Shown here one piece after another: positions 8,898 to 18,784 of a DNA stretch of 64,000 nucleotides. The stretch is from an uncultured virus (IMG/VR IMGVR_UViG_3300012953_000023) (taxonomy: Duplodnaviria; Heunggongvirae; Uroviricota; Caudoviricetes): IMG/VR virus record IMGVR_UViG_3300012953_000023, one strand, 5' to 3'. Positions within the stretch are counted from its first letter, which is position 1, and every line of letters begins with the position of its first letter. The position numbers were made by a program, and so were the translations under genes. The notes under the pieces were generated by a model. The model was not told where the DNA came from and did no database searches. It was given only the letters and a program-made list of their open reading frames with translations.

Positions 8898-9362
8898 TTA
8901 CACTTCCTCGAGCCTCGACATAAGTCTTTCGGCTCTGTTCGTTACTTGTTTGTACCATCTTGAATCTCTGCCTTCTACAGCAGCCTCTTTCCAATCACCA
9001 CATTGCAGCGCTGCGTTGTGCTTTTTAAATTTACTTAAGCGCGTAAGTCCCATATTAAACATCATATTTGCAACAACTTGTTTAACCTCTTGTGGGTAGC
9101 CGTCCCAACCATCATGTAATTTTTTGCAATCACTTATGACTGTCTCTACATCCTTGGCGAAGACTGATATAACTCTATCCTCTGAGACTGCAGTACCCAA
9201 CGCCAACCCGAATTCTGGGTCTCCTTCCAATACCAAGTGTCCAATGCCAAATGTAGCATAGCCAAGGTGATCATGATATATTTCATTTACTTGTCCCTCG
9301 TCTATTATTAATTGTTCTCTTAATTGATCTACATCAATATCTTTATTTTTATTAAAAAACAT
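8898..9362 (-). CDS. T4-type lysozyme (GH24)
   Basis: DEG...IY.D.LGY.T.GIGH; NM.FNMG; SRWY.Q...RA.R. Confidence 0.92.
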   Translation of the reverse strand: MFFNKNKDIDVDQLREQLIIDEGQVNEIYHDHLGYATFGIGHLVLEGDPEFGLALGTAVSEDRVISVFAKDVETVISDCKKLHDGWDGYPQEVKQVVANMMFNMGLTRLSKFKKHNAALQCGDWKEAAVEGRDSRWYKQVTNRAERLMSRLEEV

Positions 9363-9365
9363 AAT

Positions 9366-9719
9366 TTACTCTCCTAGTAATTCTAATTTTGCTGTCATAT
9401 ATTCAGCTGTTTGTTTAACAGCATTTAACCATTTTGTTGCACATTCTTGATATTCTATTTCTTCTTCATGTACATGTGGATGGCCAGGAACTGCACTAGT
9501 TCTATCTGCTATTGGTATACCGTAGGTTATAATTCTAGAATCTAAAATTGTATCATCTATAAATCCATCATATGTATAGCTTTGTTCATTACCATCTTCA
9601 TCATTATATGTTTGTGTTAATTCAGTTGTTGCACTATGACTTTCAACTGTAACTTTATATATTGATGAGACATTTGATTCGTCTCTTATTAATTGTGTTT
9701 TATAATTTAAAAATGCCAT
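9366..9719 (-). CDS. Hypothetical protein
   Basis: Tightly packed ORF. Confidence 0.7.
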   Translation of the reverse strand: MAFLNYKTQLIRDESNVSSIYKVTVESHSATTELTQTYNDEDGNEQSYTYDGFIDDTILDSRIITYGIPIADRTSAVPGHPHVHEEEIEYQECATKWLNAVKQTAEYMTAKLELLGE

Positions 9720-9727
9720 ATATTATC

Positions 9728-10510
9728 CTAGAAACAATTATTTGAATTAGAGAAACTACTAAATGAACCAGTATGCGTTGCTACCACAGTATCATTATAA
9801 CCAGTCCCTCTTAATGTTAATGTTGCAGTTACTGTAATACTTCTTTCAGATTGTGCGTAACATTCTGCTGTAGCTTGAGCATATATTCCACCACCGACTG
9901 ATTGACCATTTGATACGGTGTGGAAGCTATATGGGCCATAAGTAGCTCCATGTCCTGAGAACGCATTTTGTACTGATCCAGTGCCTGTAGAATCTGTTAA
10001 CTGATAAGAAAAATTTATTTTCATTGCATCAACAGCTCCTGATGCATAAGTTCTTGATCCACTATTAATATAAGTAGTTGATAATGTAGTCTGTGTTCCA
10101 CTTGGCTTATAATAAGTAGATGTTGCTGCTGAAAAATATTCTTTAAATTCTAAAGTTACAACATTATTATTTAGAGTAGCTTTTGCATACAGACCAACTG
10201 GATTTGCAAATACAATTCCTGATGTTACTGTTCTAGTTCCGGTCATTCCTAAACCTGAACTAGAATTTCTAACACCGTTTGCATTAGCTGTTAATAATGC
10301 AAAGTCGGCTGTATCTTCAGCCCCTCTGAATTCTCCGATTGAAATAGTACTACCAGATGTTGTATTAATACCATCACCGCCATCATACGTGGAACTAGGA
10401 TTTCCTATTCCTCTAACATCTGCGTCATTTAATGAAACAGTCGTACCTGATGATCCACCTACTTCTGTGTGGATTGCATTTAGTGATATGTTAGTTGTTG
10501 GTAATGCCAT
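9728..10510 (-). CDS. Putative tail-fibre/adhesin protein
   Basis: MALPTTNISLNAIHTEVGG..SLND N-terminus; G/S/T rich; late promoter upstream. Confidence 0.6.
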   Translation of the reverse strand: MALPTTNISLNAIHTEVGGSSGTTVSLNDADVRGIGNPSSTYDGGDGINTTSGSTISIGEFRGAEDTADFALLTANANGVRNSSSGLGMTGTRTVTSGIVFANPVGLYAKATLNNNVVTLEFKEYFSAATSTYYKPSGTQTTLSTTYINSGSRTYASGAVDAMKINFSYQLTDSTGTGSVQNAFSGHGATYGPYSFHTVSNGQSVGGGIYAQATAECYAQSERSITVTATLTLRGTGYNDTVVATHTGSFSSFSNSNNCF

Positions 10511-10526
10511 TTTTTATTTCCTATAT

Positions 10527-10534
10527 TATTTATA
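10527..10534 (-). promoter_or_regulatory. Late promoter TATAAATA
   Basis: Exact consensus, intergenic. Confidence 0.7.
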
Positions 10535-10535
10535 A

Positions 10536-11864
10536 TTAATCAATTACTATAAAACTATCATTATTGCTAGAAGAAGTTCCAAAGTACGTTGAAAATGCAT
10601 TAGTTTCTGTCCATGTCCAAATGCCGTAATATACGCTTCCAACTTGATATGCATAAAATGATGCACTTGTTCTAGCTAATGTTTTATCTGGTGATCCAGA
10701 TGCAGAAGTACTATTTAAATAAATTTTTACATTTGTAAATCCAGCATTTGTAAAGACACTACTACCCGTTATAGTTAAACCAAATGAAGTACCATTGGTT
10801 GTATTATTAAAAGAAGAATTTCTAAAAGTACCTATTGTCAATGAATTAGCTGATCTATTACTTCCACCGAAATTTATTGTTCCAGTATTAGGAAATGTAT
10901 CATCAGATAAAGTACCAGAGTTGACACCATAAGCATCGTAATAACCAGATGAATAGGTATAAGTACTACCATATAATTGTACAACCTGCCATTTTGGCGT
11001 CATGGTAAATGTATGTATACCTGGAGCTGTTGCAGTTGTACCTAAAAAGTCTGAAAACTTTATTTCTCCAGAAGATGGAACACCTGATACGGATCCTAAA
11101 AAGGTTCCATTAGTGTAATAATCTGACATTTTAACATCAGAACTATCTGCTCCACCATGTTCTTCCGCAATTCCGTTATTAAATGATGTTGTGATATCTG
11201 CACCATATATTTCTACATCGTAACCAGTTCCACTAGTTCCTAAATTATCTACGGCAGTTGTGCCAGAACTATCATATTCCCAAGCCCATGCAGTACCACC
11301 ATTATCAGATGAGCTGTATCGTGATGCACTAGATCTTGTAAATGTTTGCTGTGTTCCACTAGGTTTAGTAATTTTTATACTTTTAAATGTAGTATCGCTA
11401 TTACTAATACCGGTTCCGCTGAGACCAAATATGAACCATTTGCTGTTAGTGTTTGGTGATGGAGATGCATCTGGAATGCCCCATGTTATAGCTCTTATTG
11501 TTCTTGTGGTTCCACCGCCATCTGTAAATGATGTTGTGGCTGATCCAATATTTGATAAAGATTGAGATCTAAAATTTCCAGATGGGAATGCACCACTTGT
11601 TCCAGCTGCACCAAGGAAAGAAAATACTGCGTTTCCTCCTACTCCTGTAGTAAAATGATTTGCATGATACCCATAATGATCTCCTTGCCATTCCATAAAC
11701 ATTTGAAATTGATCTCCACCTGCAAGTTCATACTGTCTTTGTATCTGCAATAATGCATCAACGCCTGAAATCATGGTATTATCGTATAACTTATTTGTTA
11801 CTGTGGTTGAGGAGTTAGTTCCAGCATCTTGTAAAGCAAGTTCTCCTGAGGATATTATTGTCAT
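10536..11864 (-). CDS. Putative tail-fibre/virion adhesin
   Basis: G/S/T rich; MSDYY..GVPSSGEIKFSDFLG motif; internally repeated domain. Confidence 0.6.
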   Translation of the reverse strand: MTIISSGELALQDAGTNSSTTVTNKLYDNTMISGVDALLQIQRQYELAGGDQFQMFMEWQGDHYGYHANHFTTGVGGNAVFSFLGAAGTSGAFPSGNFRSQSLSNIGSATTSFTDGGGTTRTIRAITWGIPDASPSPNTNSKWFIFGLSGTGISNSDTTFKSIKITKPSGTQQTFTRSSASRYSSSDNGGTAWAWEYDSSGTTAVDNLGTSGTGYDVEIYGADITTSFNNGIAEEHGGADSSDVKMSDYYTNGTFLGSVSGVPSSGEIKFSDFLGTTATAPGIHTFTMTPKWQVVQLYGSTYTYSSGYYDAYGVNSGTLSDDTFPNTGTINFGGSNRSANSLTIGTFRNSSFNNTTNGTSFGLTITGSSVFTNAGFTNVKIYLNSTSASGSPDKTLARTSASFYAYQVGSVYYGIWTWTETNAFSTYFGTSSSNNDSFIVID

Positions 11865-12127
11865 TTTATAATTCCTGATATATGATCTTCGAATTCTTCT
11901 ATTTTTTCTGTACGATTTGGCCAGAGAATATATTCTTTTTCGGGATTCTGTTTTAGATTAGTTAATAATGGCAATATTGCATTATACAGCTTGTTTAATT
12001 TATCTTCAGCCTCTTGTAAAGATGCAGATGCACTTGAGGCTTCAGTAGTAACTTTTTGTACTGCCTCTAGTTCGTTTTCATCAACTGCAGTAAAGCCAAA
12101 GTCGAATTTATTTAAATCTATACTCAT
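11861..12127 (-). CDS. Conserved hypothetical T4-like protein
   Basis: FDFGFTAVDE..NPEKEYILWPNR. Confidence 0.75.
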   Translation of the reverse strand: MSIDLNKFDFGFTAVDENELEAVQKVTTEASSASASLQEAEDKLNKLYNAILPLLTNLKQNPEKEYILWPNRTEKIEEFEDHISGIIK

Positions 12128-12146
12128 ATTTAGTCCTCTATTAAAC

Positions 12147-12154
12147 TATTTATA
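12147..12154 (-). promoter_or_regulatory. Late promoter TATAAATA
   Basis: Exact consensus, intergenic, followed by SD GAGG. Confidence 0.7.
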
Positions 12155-12190
12155 AGCTTTTTAGTTTCTTTACGGGGGTTTTTCTTCTTT

Positions 12191-12430
12191 TTATTTGGAA
12201 CCACTTTCGCGCGAAAGGGGCTGTTCTCGTCGAACAGAATCTTGTGATATCTCGTCTTTATTCGTTTCTTCTTCATCGCCGTCCCAATTTAACTCAGTCA
12301 TTGATTTTTGTTTAATTTTTTGATTCTTTTTTCCGAAAATCTTATCGTAATTATCTCTATAATTGCCTTGGCCTTCGGTTTTTGTTTTTATCAAATCCCC
12401 AGTTATGTCATTTTTTGTTGTCATGCCCAA
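12191..12430 (-). CDS. Hypothetical protein
   Basis: KNDITGD...YRDNYDKIF. Confidence 0.6.
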   Translation of the reverse strand: MGMTTKNDITGDLIKTKTEGQGNYRDNYDKIFGKKNQKIKQKSMTELNWDGDEEETNKDEISQDSVRREQPLSRESGSK

Positions 12431-12585
12431 CCCTTAATAATATTAGCTATAATAAATATTGCACATATAACATTTAATCCAACGATAAATGTTCTAGTAA
12501 TTGCAACAACATTATCATATTCTTCAGTTTGTTCATCTGAAAAACTACCTATTGCATATTTCCAAATTGTCCATAGCTTATGCAT
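12421..12585 (-). CDS. Small membrane protein, 54 aa (not in ORF track)
   Basis: Hand translation MHKLWTIWKYAIGSFSDEQ...IIANIIKGWA; overlaps both neighbours by a few nt. Confidence 0.65.
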   Translation of the reverse strand: MHKLWTIWKYAIGSFSDEQTEEYDNVVAITRTFIVGLNVICAIFIIANIIKGWA

Positions 12586-12775
12586 AAACTATTTTTATTC
12601 CTCTTCTAACTAATTCATTTTTGCATTTCTGTTTTATTTTTGCTTTACCATTATCATTGTTTATATAATCAAACAATTCTTTTTTCGGCATTGTTTTTAT
12701 ATAAAAATGTTCTACTTTTTTACTATTACTTTTTCTATCTACAATAATTTGTGATGGTTTAAATTTTGTTGGCAT
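12578..12775 (-). CDS. Small basic hypothetical protein
   Basis: ORF in operon. Confidence 0.7.
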   Translation of the reverse strand: MPTKFKPSQIIVDRKSNSKKVEHFYIKTMPKKELFDYINNDNGKAKIKQKCKNELVRRGIKIVYA

Positions 12776-12776
12776 A

Positions 12777-12917
12777 TTACTTCCCCTGGCCTCTATATTT
12801 TTTAAAGCTACGCTTTTTATCTTTATTCATAGTAGAAGTATCGGGCCTACGACCTTGACTAGTTCCTTTCTTTATGCCTTGATGTGTTGATCCATAAGCT
12901 CCTGTTGATTTTGCCAT
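12777..12917 (-). CDS. Small basic protein, 46 aa (not in ORF track)
   Basis: Hand translation MAKSTGAYG...MNKDKKRSFKKYRGQGK; abuts both neighbours. Confidence 0.7.
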   Translation of the reverse strand: MAKSTGAYGSTHQGIKKGTSQGRRPDTSTMNKDKKRSFKKYRGQGK

Positions 12918-13508
12918 TTATACCTCTTTTATTTTTATATGTTTAAAGTTTCCTTTTATTTTTTCTCGTTCTCTGACCCATTCAGCACGAGGTGTTGATC
13001 TTTCATATCCTTTATCTTTTTGATAAACATTAGTAGCACCCATACCATCAAAACCTAATAACAGAATTTCTTCAAATCCTGCTTCACAAGCTAATAGTAG
13101 AGCTCTACTTCCGGATGAAATTTTTATTTCAGGTATTGATATAACACTGTCATTATCATCAACCCATGTAATATATATGAACTTTTTTGTTCCAGCTATT
13201 TGAGCGTTTTGTCTATCTCCTCTATTATTAGATATCATGGCTAAATTACCAAATGCTGTAGGTGCTATTGCTAAAGCAACATCAGCTGGTAATGGATCCC
13301 ATTCACTAAAATAGCAAAGATTCTTTTCACAATAATTAGTTTCATATATTATATGCTGCATATAACTATCTGTACATACAAGAGCATCAGGAACTTCTTT
13401 ATAAGCTCCATTACAACCATATACAAAATAGTTTGGATAATCCTTTCGGTAATCTATGTGTTTCCGAGATTCTCCGTTTCCTAATATGATTGCTTTCTTA
13501 CTCACCAA
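12918..13508 (-). CDS. Rossmann-like protein, possible glycosyltransferase-related
   Basis: ILGNGESR, YGCN, LLGFD motifs. Confidence 0.55.
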   Translation of the reverse strand: MVSKKAIILGNGESRKHIDYRKDYPNYFVYGCNGAYKEVPDALVCTDSYMQHIIYETNYCEKNLCYFSEWDPLPADVALAIAPTAFGNLAMISNNRGDRQNAQIAGTKKFIYITWVDDNDSVISIPEIKISSGSRALLLACEAGFEEILLLGFDGMGATNVYQKDKGYERSTPRAEWVREREKIKGNFKHIKIKEV

Positions 13509-14127
13509 TTATATGCCTATATATGTATTTCCATTTGTCAAACCTTGGATAATCATAGCATTCTATGTTATGATCGTGACCAACCAGTATTGGTTTTAAA
13601 CCTACCTTTTCGCCTGCTTTACAGTTTTCTGGTTTATCTTCTACCCACCAACATTCGCTTCCTTCAAATTTTATTAGCTCTTCGTCTTTATCAGCACCAC
13701 AGCCTAGATATACAAAGTCTTCCCATAGCTCTTCGCCGAATAGCATTTTAAGATTTTGTGTTCTTAATCTCTGTGCATATTTGTTAGTTGATAATGATGT
13801 TATACACACGAATTTATATCCATGTAACATATTTAATCTTTTCATATAGTATACTGCATCTCTAAGCGGTGGTAAAAAAGCTATTGCTGCAGAATCATTA
13901 AATTCTCTAACTAATTTTTTACCTTCAGATGGCTGTATGCCAAATCTTTCAGCAATATTGTATTTACTATCGTGTACTGTTTTAAATCCTTTAGTGTGTT
14001 GCATCCATTGCGTAAAAGCATAACCCCAATCGCAGAGAACTCCATCACAATCTACTAAGATTATTTTATCGCTTATATCATATGCCATTAGTGAAAGCTC
14101 CTTGGTGAACCATCTACAAATAACCAA
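13498..14127 (-). CDS. HAD-family 5'-nucleotidase-like (start likely MAYD at 14088)
   Basis: LVDCDGVL, ITS, K, VEDKPEN HAD motifs. Confidence 0.85.
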   Translation of the reverse strand: MVICRWFTKELSLMAYDISDKIILVDCDGVLCDWGYAFTQWMQHTKGFKTVHDSKYNIAERFGIQPSEGKKLVREFNDSAAIAFLPPLRDAVYYMKRLNMLHGYKFVCITSLSTNKYAQRLRTQNLKMLFGEELWEDFVYLGCGADKDEELIKFEGSECWWVEDKPENCKAGEKVGLKPILVGHDHNIECYDYPRFDKWKYIYRHIIGE

Positions 14128-14345
14128 TCGATATGCACTTGGCCTCTTGGGTCAAAATCACCAATTAAATCGCAGAATTTATCCCATGATGATACATCTT
14201 TATTATCTATCATAAGATTTTTTAGTTTTGGATTATCACCAATATCAACTACTACAATTGATGATCCATCTACTCTTTTGCCTACGAAACCGTTTTGTGG
14301 TTTTCGGCCTATATCGTTTAAATTAATTTTTTCCATTTTAATCAC
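14088..14345 (-). CDS. Hypothetical early protein
   Basis: Directly after promoter and SD. Confidence 0.7.
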   Translation of the reverse strand: MIKMEKINLNDIGRKPQNGFVGKRVDGSSIVVVDIGDNPKLKNLMIDNKDVSSWDKFCDLIGDFDPRGQVHIDWLFVDGSPRSFH

Positions 14346-14367
14346 TCCTAATTTGATTTATATAGAT

Positions 14368-14396
14368 ATTGTAACAGGTACTGGTGGAAATGTACA
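14368..14396 (-). promoter_or_regulatory. Early-type promoter TGTACA-N17-TACAAT
   Basis: Recurrent motif. Confidence 0.8.
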
Positions 14397-14424
14397 GTGT
14401 TTTCTGCAAAAAACATGCATGTTT

Positions 14425-14865
14425 TTAGCTTTGTGAAATGCGGTTTCTCAAGGAGGTTGAGGAGAAAGAATGATCTCTACTGTTATATACTATACGAATA
14501 TCACGTTCTTCGCAAATATTCTTAGCAGTAAAGTCTTTATTGAGGTAATCAGATCCTATGATTCTAACATCTATAGGTAATGAAAGGAATATATCCTTTA
14601 GTTCTTCTTCAGTATTATAGATAATTACATCATCTACATATCTTACAGCTGCAACTTGCAGTTGTCTTTCTACAATAGATTGAATAGGTTTATTCTTTTC
14701 AGGCCGATCAAGTGTAGGATCACATTGTAAAGCTACTACTAAGTAATCACATTCATTTTTAGCTTCTGCTAACATGGTAATATGGCCTGCATGTAATAAA
14801 TCAAAAGCTCCACAGGTTATCCCAACAGAGCCTTTTGTTTCATGATTTTGTAACCACTTAAGCAT
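14425..14865 (-). CDS. Cytidylyltransferase (TagD / glycerol-3-phosphate CT-like)
   Basis: GAFDLLHAGH, RYVD, SSTSLR. Confidence 0.88.
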   Translation of the reverse strand: MLKWLQNHETKGSVGITCGAFDLLHAGHITMLAEAKNECDYLVVALQCDPTLDRPEKNKPIQSIVERQLQVAAVRYVDDVIIYNTEEELKDIFLSLPIDVRIIGSDYLNKDFTAKNICEERDIRIVYNSRDHSFSSTSLRNRISQS

Positions 14866-15062
14866 TATTTAAAATGTTTCTTAATTGCTTCTATTTTATC
14901 TTCTGCATCTGCAATTTTAGCAATTTCTTTTTCCATAGTTTCTACTATATCAATATGTTCACCAATACCTGTAGAGTTTCTAACATATACTAATATATTT
15001 GCTTTTGCTACTTCGATTTCGCCTTCTAATTTTTTTATTAAAGCTTCTAATAAATAACTCAT
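14865..15062 (-). CDS. Small coiled-coil hypothetical protein (start MSYLL)
   Basis: GIGEH motif; SD GGAGG. Confidence 0.7.
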   Translation of the reverse strand: MSYLLEALIKKLEGEIEVAKANILVYVRNSTGIGEHIDIVETMEKEIAKIADAEDKIEAIKKHFK

Positions 15063-15063
15063 T

Positions 15064-15741
15064 TTACCTCCCAAAAAGTTTTCTTCTTTTATATTCATTA
15101 ATAGTATCTATTAATTTTTTTGTCCAATTGTCCCTGTCTTCTATAAAAACTTGAGGACCTTCATCTCCAGCAATACAGATAACTAATTGTTTAATTGGAC
15201 GCCCAGTTCTTTCTTCCCACATTATTGCATAAGCTGAAGCTTGAATAAAGTAATTTTCAATCCATTTTTTCTTTTTTAGTTTTGTGGATGTTTTCCAATC
15301 TATAATAGAATCAACTCCATTCCACTGACCAACTAAATCAACTCTACCTGCTAATCCTAAATGTTTAGAATATAGGCCAGCTTCTTGTGAATAAACTTTA
15401 GTTACACATTCGTCTAAAATTGGTTGTACATCTTTAAATGTTTGTATATTATTTGGCATTACACCTTCTAAATAATTTTCATCATTAGCTAGGTATTTTT
15501 CAATAACTGTATGAACAGTTGTACCTCTTCGTGATGCTCTATAAGATACTTTGTTTGCTTCTTCTTCTCCAACTCTAGCTCTCCAAGCTTGTATTGCTTC
15601 TTCTGATAGAATTTTTAGTACTGTAGTAACTGATGGATATTCCTTTCCTTCAGGATCTTTATATACTCTACCTTTTGGACTTGTTTCAGCTACTAAATCG
15701 CCGTATCCTAATTCTACTGGTTCATGTTTAAAGTTTTGCAT
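15064..15741 (-). CDS. PD-(D/E)xK exonuclease (Cas4/RecB-like)
   Basis: YPSVTT, RGT.VH, AGRVD, IIDWKT, Q..AY. Confidence 0.88.
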   Translation of the reverse strand: MQNFKHEPVELGYGDLVAETSPKGRVYKDPEGKEYPSVTTVLKILSEEAIQAWRARVGEEEANKVSYRASRRGTTVHTVIEKYLANDENYLEGVMPNNIQTFKDVQPILDECVTKVYSQEAGLYSKHLGLAGRVDLVGQWNGVDSIIDWKTSTKLKKKKWIENYFIQASAYAIMWEERTGRPIKQLVICIAGDEGPQVFIEDRDNWTKKLIDTINEYKRRKLFGR

Positions 15742-16420
15742 TTTCTACCATTTCCTTGGTCATTAAGAAATCTCTGACCATTCCACTTCTAACAATATCT
15801 TTCCATGAAAATTCTATTACATCAAAATCTTTCATGTGTTCCAAGATATGTACGAAATTTATAATACCTTTTTGTTCTGTTTGTTTTGTAAAATCTGATT
15901 GATGATAATCACCACTAAAAATAATTTTACTATTATCTCCCATACGAGTTATGATAGAACACAGCTCGTGGTAATTACAATTTTGAGCTTCATCAACTAC
16001 AATAATTGAATTGTTTATGGTTAAACCGCGTAAGAATGACGTGGTTAAAAATTCTAAATGTTTAAAAGCATTTAATTTTTGAAATGCATCTTTATCGTCA
16101 AACAAATCACCGATTAATGATTTATATATTGACTTATATGCTTCTTCCTTTTCTTCTTGAGTACCTGGTAAAAATCCCATATCTCTAGTAGGTACAGCTG
16201 ATCTAACAATTACTACTTTTTCATAAGAATTATCTTTAGATAGAACTGATTCCAATGCAAGGTATAGAGCAATAAAGGTTTTACCTGTACCAGCTGACCC
16301 AGTCATTGCAATATTCTGCTTATCTTTCCACCCATCAAAAACCACAGCCTGAGCTTGTGTCATTGGTTCTCTTTTAATTAAATGTTCTAGACGAATTCTA
16401 GATGGTTTCTTAGCATTCAT
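15728..16420 (-). CDS. phoH: PhoH-family ATPase
   Basis: GSAGTGKT, GFLPG, RG.T, DEAQN, GD..QSD. Confidence 0.93.
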   Translation of the reverse strand: MNAKKPSRIRLEHLIKREPMTQAQAVVFDGWKDKQNIAMTGSAGTGKTFIALYLALESVLSKDNSYEKVVIVRSAVPTRDMGFLPGTQEEKEEAYKSIYKSLIGDLFDDKDAFQKLNAFKHLEFLTTSFLRGLTINNSIIVVDEAQNCNYHELCSIITRMGDNSKIIFSGDYHQSDFTKQTEQKGIINFVHILEHMKDFDVIEFSWKDIVRSGMVRDFLMTKEMVENAKL

Positions 16421-16665
16421 TTTGTTTTAATGTTATCCTTAAGTCTTGGCGGTAATCCGGATTTAATCTTATCTTGCACTTCTTTCCACCCAGCACCTGC
16501 TCTATCTAAAACAGATTTACCACCATCGTAATCAATACCAGGTGCTGATAAAATGACTTGTTTTAAGTGAGGATTATCTATTTTAAATTGATCAAGTTTT
16601 GTATAACTCATCATATGTTCTTCGATTTCACCGGTTTCTTTATTTTCAAAATCGTAACTAGGCAT
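16417..16665 (-). CDS. FmdB-like small protein
   Basis: MPSYDF.N..TGE pattern, usual position upstream of phoH. Confidence 0.65.
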   Translation of the reverse strand: MPSYDFENKETGEIEEHMMSYTKLDQFKIDNPHLKQVILSAPGIDYDGGKSVLDRAGAGWKEVQDKIKSGLPPRLKDNIKTK

Positions 16666-17212
16666 AATTAAACCATCCTGGGATATCTCGTTTTGTCCAA
16701 ACCATATTGAACCTTTCTTGTTTAGTTTGATAGAATGCTCGATAAGATTTAACAGGATCTGATAAAAAGCATTCTGGATTTGATTTCATAGCAAGTTTAA
16801 ATTGTGTCATACTTCCTTCTGGTATATTCTTAGGTAGTAATCCTAATTCCAATCCAAGCACATGTTCAGTTTTGTGTGTCTTACCATACCTATATGTATA
16901 CTCTCTGCAAAGTGCAACAAAATGTTCATAATGCCATCTGTAATTTTGTGATGATTCTCTTGTCCATACGGTACAAGGATGATTGAAATGGACAGCTTTG
17001 TATAGCAAGTTCTCACGCCTTTCATTATCTAACTTGTAATAATTAACCATTCTTTTACCGGATTTAGATGGTCTTTTTTCCAAAGTTCCATCCAACATCC
17101 TATGAGCTGTTGAGAGCATTTGTCCTGACTCAACAATCATTTTTGGCACGTGTTTATCACATTGCTGTTGTGCTGCTTTCACTGGATCATTGTCTAATAT
17201 AAAAATGTTCAT
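16658..17212 (-). CDS. Pyrimidine-dimer DNA glycosylase-like protein
   Basis: MNIFILD..P..AAQ..CDKH..KM..E..Q.LST; HPC..W; EY..RYGK.H. Confidence 0.75.
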   Translation of the reverse strand: MNIFILDNDPVKAAQQQCDKHVPKMIVESGQMLSTAHRMLDGTLEKRPSKSGKRMVNYYKLDNERRENLLYKAVHFNHPCTVWTRESSQNYRWHYEHFVALCREYTYRYGKTHKTEHVLGLELGLLPKNIPEGSMTQFKLAMKSNPECFLSDPVKSYRAFYQTKQERFNMVWTKRDIPGWFNYA

Positions 17213-17220
17213 AATATAGT

Positions 17221-17249
17221 ATTATACCACAATTTAGTGGAAAAGTACA
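17221..17249 (-). promoter_or_regulatory. Early-type promoter TGTACT-N17-TATAAT
   Basis: One mismatch to the recurrent motif. Confidence 0.7.
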
Positions 17250-17267
17250 GGTTTCCCTGTACTTTTC
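17240..17267 (-). terminator. Hairpin, probable terminator, overlapping the promoter -35
   Basis: 12-bp perfect stem GAAAAGTACAGG/CCTGTACTTTTC with GAAA loop. Confidence 0.65.
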
Positions 17268-17276
17268 GTGCGAGTC

Positions 17277-17489
17277 TTATTTTCCTCCCATTTGTATAGC
17301 TTTCATTTCGGTTAGATGTTGATCTATATAAGACGCCTTTTTAAGCATCTTTGCAGCTAATACATCTTTACCTCTTTTTAGTAATTTTTTTCGATAGTGT
17401 AGTGTCTCTTTTTTATCTCTTTTAAGACGTTCAATGGATTGACAATTCATAAGCATGTTCCTTAATGTTGTTAATATTGATACTATCAT
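17277..17489 (-). CDS. Small basic hypothetical protein (start likely later Met)
   Basis: ORF. Confidence 0.6.
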   Translation of the reverse strand: MIVSILTTLRNMLMNCQSIERLKRDKKETLHYRKKLLKRGKDVLAAKMLKKASYIDQHLTEMKAIQMGGK

Positions 17490-17502
17490 AATATAGCTTT
17501 TA

Positions 17503-17934
17503 TTACTTTGCTATCAAACCAGGAAATGCATCCTGACAAAGTTTTCTAGTTATTCCCATTAGTTTTTTATGCAAAATTTTATCTTTTGCTCTAATGAATA
17601 ACTCAGCTTCGGTGTGATGAACACTTTCCAAAAGCTGGATAAACTTGGTTTCTCTTCTTAAAGGCTTCATCTTATCAGCGACAGGCCCTTTAAAGTAGAG
17701 ATTAAATTCTCTAAATCTTTTATATAGTGAACTGGGTGCGTGTCCTTCAGGTGCATCGTCTGGTTTATACGGCGGTGCTCCTTCTGGCATGACACATACG
17801 ACATCTTTGTCGAATGCTATTCGGATGATATCCCGTAATGCTGGGCTATCATGTTCTCTTAGAAAGTCGATTCTTTCTTCTCTTGTTGCTAATTTATTAG
17901 CTTCTTTAAATATCTCAGGCAATAATTTTTTCAT
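17503..17934 (-). CDS. Conserved hypothetical T4-like protein
   Basis: PEGAPPY, RE..FIQLLE.VH..EA; follows rnh. Confidence 0.75.
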   Translation of the reverse strand: MKKLLPEIFKEANKLATREERIDFLREHDSPALRDIIRIAFDKDVVCVMPEGAPPYKPDDAPEGHAPSSLYKRFREFNLYFKGPVADKMKPLRRETKFIQLLESVHHTEAELFIRAKDKILHKKLMGITRKLCQDAFPGLIAK

Positions 17935-18784
17935 TGTTATAAAATTCCTCCACAACTTCAATCAATAGATTGCATCTTTTCTTAATTAAATAATTTAAAA
18001 CTCGCATTTTCATTGCTACTTTTTGCTCGTTATAATTATATATAATGTTTTCTTGGATAGTTTCTGGGACTTCTGTTAAATCAATTAAGGTTTTATTTCT
18101 TTGATAATTACGATATATTTCATCGTCCATTACTGATCTTAAGTCATCTGAATTTTCTAACCATTCAGCTATCCTGGTTTTTCTTAATGGCGTTTGCTTT
18201 TTATCAGAAACAAATGTATCATCATCTGATAACACATTTGGGATGCCATCCCCTGTATCACCTTTCATAATATGATTAAAAAGATATGTTCTAGGATTTT
18301 CATCCTTCACAAATTTCTTTTGAATAGGTGAAAATTGTTTAACATTGTTAAACTTTTGTAATTGAATAAAATCCTTATCAGATGATACTATCATCATAGG
18401 TTCATTCATTCCAAACTCTTGTGATTGTAGAACTAGTGATGCTATTACGTCATCAGCTTCTACACCTTCCATATGTACAACTTTATAAGGAAGATTTTCT
18501 TTAATTTCGTCTCGTACTAAATGTAAAATTCTAAAGATTTCATTCCAATCTTGATCGGATGCATCTCTATTCTTTTTACGCTTGGCTTTGTAGTAAGGGT
18601 AGTAATCTTTACGCCAGGTATTCATACCGTCAGCACATATTACCATTTGTCCGTATTCGTCTCTATAACGTTTGTTATACATTCTTATACTGTTTAGAAT
18701 CATATGTCGAATCATAGATTCATCGTTTAATTTCTGCACTATAATATTCGAAAGTGCAATTTGGCTATAATCAAGTAATATCAT
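17915..18784 (-). CDS. rnh: T4 RNase H (5'-3' exonuclease)
   Basis: YKAKR, EADD, SSDKDFIQL, GDTGDGIPN. Confidence 0.93.
   Translation of the reverse strand: MILLDYSQIALSNIIVQKLNDESMIRHMILNSIRMYNKRYRDEYGQMVICADGMNTWRKDYYPYYKAKRKKNRDASDQDWNEIFRILHLVRDEIKENLPYKVVHMEGVEADDVIASLVLQSQEFGMNEPMMIVSSDKDFIQLQKFNNVKQFSPIQKKFVKDENPRTYLFNHIMKGDTGDGIPNVLSDDDTFVSDKKQTPLRKTRIAEWLENSDDLRSVMDDEIYRNYQRNKTLIDLTEVPETIQENIIYNYNEQKVAMKMRVLNYLIKKRCNLLIEVVEEFYNNEKIIA

Noticed and set aside
8761..8994. 77-aa ORF overlapping the lysozyme 3' end
   Set aside because: May be real in 8761-8897, but no convincing start codon or SD
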